Source: an uncultured Actinomycetes bacterium (GTDB taxonomy: Bacteria; Actinomycetota; Thermoleophilia; RBG-16-64-13). Taken from it: a stretch of 64,000 nucleotides of DNA. Shown here one piece after another: positions 57,845 to 64,000 of the stretch. The notes beneath the pieces were generated by a model. That model worked only from the letters and a program-made list of their open reading frames with translations, ran no database searches and was not told the DNA's origin. How positions within the stretch are numbered: the first letter of the stretch is position 1; every line of letters begins with the position of its first letter. The stretch is taken from assembly GCA_963706025.1 (NCBI GenBank), contig CAVPLM010000006.1, positions 1 to 64,000 on the forward strand, read 5' to 3'. The position numbers and the translations under genes were made by a program.

Positions 57845-58486
57845 TCAGCGTGCCCGGCCCATCAGGTGACCGCCTAGGCCTGTGATCCACATAAGGATGG
57901 GATAGGCCACCCAGCGCTCCACACCGCCGATGCCCAGCGCAGCTACCGGGCTGGAGTCACCCATGATCATGTACAGCAGCAGCATCGCAAGCGCGACCGC
58001 TCCCAACACGATGGAGAAATAGCGGAAGGGCGACGTCGCCAGGGTGTAGGAGACGATGGCCGCCACACCTCCCGCTACGAACGTGAGCAGGGCGAAGATG
58101 GCGTGCACGGTGCCGTAGTCGCCGGGGAAGATGCCCACCCCCAGCGCCCCGAGTCCGAACAGGGCGATGAGAATCGCTGCCGCTTTGCGTCCGAAGCCTC
58201 GCTGGATCCAGACCGACGCTGCCAGGACCAACACGCCGCACACGATCATCGTGGTATTGAAGATGGTCGCCGAGGGTTGCTCGATCACGCTATCCGGGGG
58301 CTCGGTGGCGCCCAGGTCGCTTATCTCGTTCTGAGAGGTGCTGTAGCCCGAAGGATAGAGGGCCTCGGCGGTGATGATCCCCATAAACGCGATGACACCC
58401 GCCGCAAAGAGCAGGGCGCCCGCCGCGGCGAGATATCGAGGCCGAAGGCGCTTGCCGCCCGGTTGGGACCGGCGTCCGTTGGTCAT
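57845..58486 (-). CDS. DUF998 family membrane protein
   Basis: YPSGYS...NEISDLG, FN, VGIFP, H, GGVERW. Confidence 0.85.
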   Translation of the reverse strand: MTNGRRSQPGGKRLRPRYLAAAGALLFAAGVIAFMGIITAEALYPSGYSTSQNEISDLGATEPPDSVIEQPSATIFNTTMIVCGVLVLAASVWIQRGFGRKAAAILIALFGLGALGVGIFPGDYGTVHAIFALLTFVAGGVAAIVSYTLATSPFRYFSIVLGAVALAMLLLYMIMGDSSPVAALGIGGVERWVAYPILMWITGLGGHLMGRAR

Positions 58487-58563
58487 GGGTGGTTCCTTTC
58501 TCGACTGACGACCGCTCGAAGCGGGTCGAGCGGCATTCTATCGCGTCCAGGGCAACATCGCGT

Positions 58564-59574
58564 CTAGGGGTACCGGATTCTATCGTCCTTGTTGTAGGCG
58601 GTCGTTCGATCCAGCGCCGCCAGGTGCCTCTGCTCGAGAATTTCCAGCTCTCGTTCGGGATCAAAATCGGGATCGTCTCTGGATTCGACCTTTTCGAGCA
58701 CCTCGATCACGAAGCTGTCCCTGCCGTAGGTCTCGAGATCGGCCTTCAACTCCGGATTCCAGCACATCCCCATGTCGAGCTCGAACTTGACCCGGTTAAG
58801 GGGTGGGTGCAGGTCCAAGGCCGAACCGAGCATGACCCGGCCGTTGGCCGTGTTGACCACTCTGAACACTCCCGCCTGTTTGGCTCGCTCTTTGTAGGCG
58901 CGGCGGAGCGCAGCCCGCCGCGCCCGGCTGTCGGTGTCATCGCGGGGGCTTGTTTCATCGTGAGGGCTCATCTGAGTTTCTCCTGGTTCTCCGACCCAAG
59001 GCGATCGCGTTCCTTGGGCCGGCTTGTCGGTGCGCCGATACCGGCCTGCCTGGCGCTGCAAGTAGCCCGCGTCTACCAGCAGTCTTCGGACCAGGCAGTA
59101 GTCGGCGTACAAGGTCGAGATGGTTCGGTCGACCTGGGGTTCCTCGTATTCCGAGCCCGGGGGGAAGAGCGCGGCGAACTCTTCCAGGACCATGTCTCGC
59201 TTGCGCTTCTGGGCCGGCATCCGGGTGAGCCGACCCTCAGAGAAGAAGGTGGCCAGGACCCTTGCCCGTTCTTGATCGACCCGTTCGGCTCGCGGCCCCG
59301 CCCCCGTATCCTGGAATCCGATCAGATCTCGCACTGTGAGCGCTTGCAGGTCGGGCCGGAGCGCATATACGGCGTAGTACTGTTCTTTCTTGAGATCGAC
59401 GAGACCGGCCAGCTTTAGCTTCTTCAGGTGGAAAGACACGGTCGACGAGGCCAGCTCCAGCCTGTTTGCCAGCTCTTCCACACACATGGGCCCCGACAGC
59501 AGGGCTCCCAGGATGAGCAGACGCGAGCGGTCCGCCAATGCCCCACCTACGGCCAGGGATTCTTCGATATTCAT
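58564..59574 (-). CDS. ArsR HTH - DUF2087 - GIY-YIG-like fusion protein
   Basis: ALADRSRL...STVSFHLKKL; YEEPQVD...DYCLVRRLLVD; AYKE...GVFRVVN...LGSA...NPELKAD. Confidence 0.85.
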   Translation of the reverse strand: MNIEESLAVGGALADRSRLLILGALLSGPMCVEELANRLELASSTVSFHLKKLKLAGLVDLKKEQYYAVYALRPDLQALTVRDLIGFQDTGAGPRAERVDQERARVLATFFSEGRLTRMPAQKRKRDMVLEEFAALFPPGSEYEEPQVDRTISTLYADYCLVRRLLVDAGYLQRQAGRYRRTDKPAQGTRSPWVGEPGETQMSPHDETSPRDDTDSRARRAALRRAYKERAKQAGVFRVVNTANGRVMLGSALDLHPPLNRVKFELDMGMCWNPELKADLETYGRDSFVIEVLEKVESRDDPDFDPERELEILEQRHLAALDRTTAYNKDDRIRYP

Positions 59575-59602
59575 TCGGCGTGTCCCGGTCCCTCAATTCT
59601 AT

Positions 59603-59627
59603 TTCGATATCTATCAACACAATAGTA
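59603..59627 (-). promoter_or_regulatory. -10 box and ArsR-type imperfect palindrome
   Basis: Minus strand TACTAT followed by TTGATAGATATCGAA in an AT-rich patch. Confidence 0.5.
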
Positions 59628-59916
59628 CCAGCTAGTGGCTGGCGGAGTACGGGGGATGAGATGCGGGTAAGGCTGGACTGAGCGGACCTGTTGATGGTGA
59701 CGTGTCTCTTCCCGGCTCGCGCGCCGACGCGAAACACCGGGATGGTCCACGGGGCTCGTGAGGGCGCTGACGCCGGGTTCGTGGTCACAGCGATCAGGTC
59801 GCCCGCCGATCTGGGCCGCTCCTGTTCACTCCTTCCTTCGGGCCCCGGGGCACTGTTTTCTCGTCCTGAGAACACGAATCTGCACATAGGACCACCGTAG
59901 GGCGGCGGAGGGTCTA

Positions 59917-59975
59917 TTGCGTGCGGACGTCAGAGGGCTTATAGTGGTCCCATAATCTAACCGACCGGTTGGTTA
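59917..59975 (+). promoter_or_regulatory. sigma70 promoter with an 18-bp palindromic operator
   Basis: TTGCGT-17 nt-TATAGT; TAACCGACCGGTTGGTTA at 59958-59975. Confidence 0.7.
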
Positions 59976-59994
59976 CCGCCCTGGGGGGAGAGTC

Positions 59995-61218
59995 ATGAAA
60001 GTCGTGATCATCGGCGCCGGCGAGCAGGGGTACGTTCTTACGTGGAACCTTGTCAGCCACCCAGCGGTCGATGAGATCGTCGTCGGCGATTGGGACCTCG
60101 AGCGCGCCGAGGAGGTGAAGGCCGCCTGGGGCGCCGGCAAGACAACGGCCGTGCACGTGGATGCTCGAGACGTCGACCACGTGGCCCGCTTGAGTGAGGG
60201 CGCCGATCTGATCCTCAATGCCGTGATACCCGAGTGGGACGACCCCCTCATGAAGGCCGCTCTGAAGGCGAAGACCCACTATCTCGACATGGCGACCCGG
60301 GTCGAGGGCGGCACCATCGACGACGGCTATCTCCTGCAGATCGCCCTGGACGAAGAATTCCGCGCCATAGGACGCACGGCGCTGATACACACCGGCATGA
60401 CCCCGGGTGTGACCAACACTCTGGCCGCTATCGGCTACGAGGAGATGGATCGCTGCGAAGCGGTGCGGATCAAAGCCGGAGGCCTGTTCAAGTCGGAAGT
60501 CCCGATCCAGGTATGGTCCCAGGAGACCTACTACATCGATTCCCAGACTCCCACCCTCTACTTCGACGAGGGCAAGTTCCTGCGAGCCGAACCCTTTGCC
60601 GGCTGGGAATACGTGGACTTCCCCGCTCCCGTCGGCCGGTTGGCCGCCGTGCTTCACGAGCATGAGGAGTGCTCGACCCTCCCTCGCTTCCTGCCCAAGC
60701 TGGGGGAGAAGGGCCTACGGCACATGGACTTCAAACTGGCCGGCGGCGAAGAAGGCATGAAGAAGGCGAAGATATTGGTGGAGACCGGCATAGCCAGCCC
60801 CATCCCGCGCCACATCCGGGGCCAACAGGTTCGGCCCATCGACGTGCTGGTGTCGGTGCTGCCGCGCTCCGCTCCGAAGGAGGAGATCGCCAAGTTGGCC
60901 GCCGAAGGGCGCATCGTGGACGAAGGCGCGTACATGATCGACCTGTACGCTCGGGAAGGCGAGCCTGCTACCGAGACCTTCTATGTCTTTCCGCCCAATA
61001 TCCAGAAGGTCACCCAGATGATCCCGGGGGCGAACCGCATCTCGTATGGGACGTCTACTCCTGCCGCCATCTACGCCGGCTACCTCCTCGACGGCACCAT
61101 CACGCAGAGAGGGGTGCTCCCGCCGGAAGGGTTGGCGCGCCAAGTGCGTTTGGCCTATGTCGAAGACCTCAAACGCGCCGGTCTGCGTTTCGCCCGGCGC
61201 AGCACCCGTTGGCTCTGA
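59995..61218 (+). CDS. Saccharopine dehydrogenase family protein (lysine 6-dehydrogenase / carboxynorspermidine dehydrogenase-like)
   Basis: IIGAG, HYLDMA, GMTPGVTN, HEE, GVLPPE. Confidence 0.9.
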   Translation: MKVVIIGAGEQGYVLTWNLVSHPAVDEIVVGDWDLERAEEVKAAWGAGKTTAVHVDARDVDHVARLSEGADLILNAVIPEWDDPLMKAALKAKTHYLDMATRVEGGTIDDGYLLQIALDEEFRAIGRTALIHTGMTPGVTNTLAAIGYEEMDRCEAVRIKAGGLFKSEVPIQVWSQETYYIDSQTPTLYFDEGKFLRAEPFAGWEYVDFPAPVGRLAAVLHEHEECSTLPRFLPKLGEKGLRHMDFKLAGGEEGMKKAKILVETGIASPIPRHIRGQQVRPIDVLVSVLPRSAPKEEIAKLAAEGRIVDEGAYMIDLYAREGEPATETFYVFPPNIQKVTQMIPGANRISYGTSTPAAIYAGYLLDGTITQRGVLPPEGLARQVRLAYVEDLKRAGLRFARRSTRWL

Positions 61219-61266
61219 CCTGAGCCACGAGAACGTTGGCGATGCAAGGATCGTGAAGGGGGGCTT

Positions 61267-62769
61267 ATGGTCGGTGCAAGCAGCAAGGCAGTGATACCCG
61301 AGGAGCTCGAGGACAGGAGCAATCTTATCGCCGGCCGGTGGGTGAACGCCCTCTCGGGAGCCAGATTCGCGGTCCGCAGTCCGGTGACAGGGGCGGTCCT
61401 CGCCGAGGTGCCGAAGTGCGCAGCTCCCGACATCGATGCCGCGGTGGCCGCGGCCAAGGCGGCCTGGCCGGCCTACCGGGCGATGCCGGTGTTCAAGCGG
61501 GCCGAAGTGATCCTGCGCATGGCGGAGCTCATCCGGGAACGGGCCGAGCCGATCGCTCGAGTGCTCTCGGTGGAGCAAGGGAAGCCCTACGCTGGTGAGG
61601 CCCTGCCCGAGGTCTTGGAGACCGCCCTCAACTTCCAGCTGGCCGCCGAAGACGTGGTGCGTATGGAGACCCCCGTCATCCCTATGCGAGACCCCGCGAA
61701 GCGCGTGCTGACCTTCCGGGAGCCCTACGGGGTCATGGCGGTCATCACACCGTGGAACTTCCCTACCGTGATTCCCTCCGAGTACTTGGGGCCGGGCCTG
61801 GCGGTCGGCAACACGGTGGTCATGAAACCGGCTTCCACGACCCCGCTCTCCATGATCTTGGTCGGGCGGTGCATCCAAGACGCGCTGGAGGAGTCCGATC
61901 TGCCTCCGGGCGTCTTCAATCTGGTGACCGGTCCGGGAGGGGTGGTGGGCGACTATCTGGTGGCCCACCCGGATGTGGCTCTCATCGGCTTCACCGGCGA
62001 GACCGTGACCGGAGAGGCCATCTGCTCGCGGGCCGGCATCAAAATGACTCTCATGGAACTGGGTGGCAATGGTCCGCAGATAGTCTGCGCCGACGCCAAC
62101 CTCGAGGAGGCCGCGAAGGCGGCGGCATTCGGTTGCTTCTACAACGCCGGCCAGGTGTGCTGCGCGACCGAGCGTATCCTCGTGGACAAGAAGGTCCACG
62201 ACGAATTCCTGGACCTGCTGATGAAGGAGGCCAAGGGCTACGTTCTCGGTGATCCTCTGGATCCCGCCACCACCATGGGCCCGCTCAACAACGAACCCAC
62301 GGCCCTCAAGACCGAGCAGCACCTTGACGATGCCCGGGCGAAAGGGGCGGAGATCCTGATGGGTGGGGCGCGTGAATCCGGCCGGCCTACCGACCTGTAT
62401 TTCCCGGCCACGGTGATCGACGGGGTGACGCGGGACATGCTTCTCAACCAGGAGGAAACATTCGGGCCGGTGGCGCCTGTCATCGAGTTCACCACCGACG
62501 CCGAAGCCGTCGAGATCGCCAACGAGACCGGCTATGGTCTGCAGATGTCGGTCTTTACCTCATCCATCAAGCGCTGCTTCTGGTATGCGGATCAGCTCCG
62601 CACCGGCAACGTGGTCTTCAACGACAGCACCGACTACTGGGAAGCTCATGAGCCTTTCGGCGGTGGAGGCGGGACGAAGAGCGGCCACGGACGACTCGGG
62701 GGCCGCTTCACCCTCGATGACGTGACCCACTTGAAAACGGTGGCCATCGACATAGAGAAAACGCTTTAG
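61267..62769 (+). CDS. Aldehyde dehydrogenase
   Basis: ITPWNFP, MKPA, FTGE, MELGG, NAGQVC, EETFGPV, YGL. Confidence 0.96.
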   Translation: MVGASSKAVIPEELEDRSNLIAGRWVNALSGARFAVRSPVTGAVLAEVPKCAAPDIDAAVAAAKAAWPAYRAMPVFKRAEVILRMAELIRERAEPIARVLSVEQGKPYAGEALPEVLETALNFQLAAEDVVRMETPVIPMRDPAKRVLTFREPYGVMAVITPWNFPTVIPSEYLGPGLAVGNTVVMKPASTTPLSMILVGRCIQDALEESDLPPGVFNLVTGPGGVVGDYLVAHPDVALIGFTGETVTGEAICSRAGIKMTLMELGGNGPQIVCADANLEEAAKAAAFGCFYNAGQVCCATERILVDKKVHDEFLDLLMKEAKGYVLGDPLDPATTMGPLNNEPTALKTEQHLDDARAKGAEILMGGARESGRPTDLYFPATVIDGVTRDMLLNQEETFGPVAPVIEFTTDAEAVEIANETGYGLQMSVFTSSIKRCFWYADQLRTGNVVFNDSTDYWEAHEPFGGGGGTKSGHGRLGGRFTLDDVTHLKTVAIDIEKTL

Positions 62770-62785
62770 GACAGGGGGAAGAAAG

Positions 62786-64000
62786 ATGCGAAGAGAAAAG
62801 AACACAATCCTGATCGTGCTCCTAGCGGCCCTGGTGATCCTCGCGCTCGCCGCTTTCGCGGCGGCCTGCGGAGGGGATGAAGAGGCGACCACCACCACCG
62901 CCGGCGGTACCGAGACCACCGCGGCAGGCACTGAGACCACCGCAGCCCCGCCCAGCGGCGAGCCTATCAAGATAGGGGCCCCACTACCGCTGACCGGAGC
63001 CTACGCGGCCGACGGGCAGCACATGGAGATGGGTCTGGAGATGGCGGTGGCCGATCTCAACGCGGCCGGCGGTCTCTTGGGCCGCCCGGTGGAACTGGTG
63101 ACGTTCGACATCCAGGAATTGCTCCCCGAGACGGTAGCTGCTTCCAAGGACTACCTCATCGAGAAAGAAGGAGTCGACTTCGTGGTCGAGGGCTACGGTG
63201 GCTACGGCCCTGACTTCGAGGCCTTCGGCGCCCAGAGCGACGTCCCCTTCGTCCACGGTAGCGGCTCGGTGCGGGCTGCCGAGATGGTCAGCGGCGATCC
63301 CGAGACCTTCGGCAACATGTTCCAGGTGTTCCCGGTCGAGGCGGAGTACGGGAAACGTGCCTGGGAGGGCATGATCCAGTTCGAAGACCAGTACACCTAT
63401 CCCAACAACAAGATCGCCATCCTGCACGGCGACCTGGAGTGGGACCTCAACTACACCGCAGCAGTGGCGGCGGAAGCTGAAGCCGCCGGCTGGGAAGTGG
63501 TCATGAACGAGACCTTCCCCTACGGTACCACCGACTGGGGCTCCATCCTGACCCAGATCCGTTCGTTGGAGCCGGCCGCCATCGTATGCTCGGTGCTGTC
63601 GGTGGCCGACATCTCGTCGTTCGTGAAGCAGTTCATGGAGGACCCCACCCCCTCGCTGCTCGACATCTCCTACATGGTCGTCTTCACGGAGACCCAGGAG
63701 GCCGTCGGCGAATCGCTCACGGGTGTCATGGGGTACGTGACGAGCTTCGTACCTCCCAGCCCCGAGAACGATGCCTGGAAAGCTCGTTTCGAGGAGATGT
63801 TCGGGATGCCGGTGCCCCTGACGACACCTCCGTCCACCTACGACTCGGTGATGATCTGGGTGGAGGCGGTTAAAGCCGTGGGTGATCCCACCAAATACGC
63901 GGAAATCGCAGATCACATGAGGGCCAATCCGTACACTGGTCTGCTGGGCGTGTACGACTTCAACAACCCGGAGCAGACGGTGCAGGCGGGCCCCGACTTC
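62786..64000 (+). CDS. ABC transporter substrate-binding lipoprotein (LivK-type), truncated by the window end
   Basis: My translation: MRREKN...AAACGG, ETTA repeats, EPIKIGAPLPLTGAYAADG, NAAGGLLGRPVEL; no stop seen, hence absent from the ORF track. Confidence 0.9.
   Translation, partial: MRREKNTILIVLLAALVILALAAFAAACGGDEEATTTTAGGTETTAAGTETTAAPPSGEPIKIGAPLPLTGAYAADGQHMEMGLEMAVADLNAAGGLLGRPVELVTFDIQELLPETVAASKDYLIEKEGVDFVVEGYGGYGPDFEAFGAQSDVPFVHGSGSVRAAEMVSGDPETFGNMFQVFPVEAEYGKRAWEGMIQFEDQYTYPNNKIAILHGDLEWDLNYTAAVAAEAEAAGWEVVMNETFPYGTTDWGSILTQIRSLEPAAIVCSVLSVADISSFVKQFMEDPTPSLLDISYMVVFTETQEAVGESLTGVMGYVTSFVPPSPENDAWKARFEEMFGMPVPLTTPPSTYDSVMIWVEAVKAVGDPTKYAEIADHMRANPYTGLLGVYDFNNPEQTVQAGPDF

Noticed and set aside
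59630-59915. Intergenic stretch of about 290 bp as a riboswitch or sRNA
   Set aside because: No recognisable conserved motif or convincing structure by eye
60715-62322. Long antisense ORFs (also 5033-6448, 9301-10911, 15142-16608, 23671-25332)
   Set aside because: Shadow ORFs expected in high-GC DNA, opposite well-supported genes and without motifs
1-64000. tRNA, rRNA, transposase, integrase, prophage or defence genes
   Set aside because: No diagnostic sequence or motif found

Overview
High-GC bacterial chromosomal segment. Its gene content (MMPL transporters, UPF0182, VanW, LppM-like lipoprotein, Thr-rich lipoproteins, SLH proteins) suggests an anaerobic Actinomycetota lineage such as Thermoleophilia; this is an inference. 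About 57 CDS were found, with no rRNA, tRNA, CRISPR array or recognisable transposase. Several genes are split by small indels (about 16.8-22.3, 25.9, 33.5, 40.6-42.2 and 53.7 kb), most likely long-read consensus errors. Contents from left to right: a response regulator / solute-binding protein / histidine kinase / receiver operon divergent from ABC-exporter, oxidoreductase and MMPL genes; an ECF sigma factor with an unusual partner; cell-envelope genes; and many catabolic, redox and transport genes. Most notable: (1) a msrA whose catalytic Cys codon is an in-frame TGA followed by a SECIS-like hairpin, behind a twin-arginine/lipobox leader, i.e. a probable exported selenoprotein; (2) an ECF sigma factor translationally coupled to a membrane protein fusing an anti-sigma-like N-terminus, seven RCC1-like repeats and an intact transglutaminase domain; (3) a shared 22-bp motif upstream of three transcription units around the sensor locus; (4) a shared 25-bp candidate operator linking a TetR gene to a DmpA peptidase/APC permease unit; (5) an ArsR-DUF2087-GIY-YIG fusion that retains an internal ribosome binding site.
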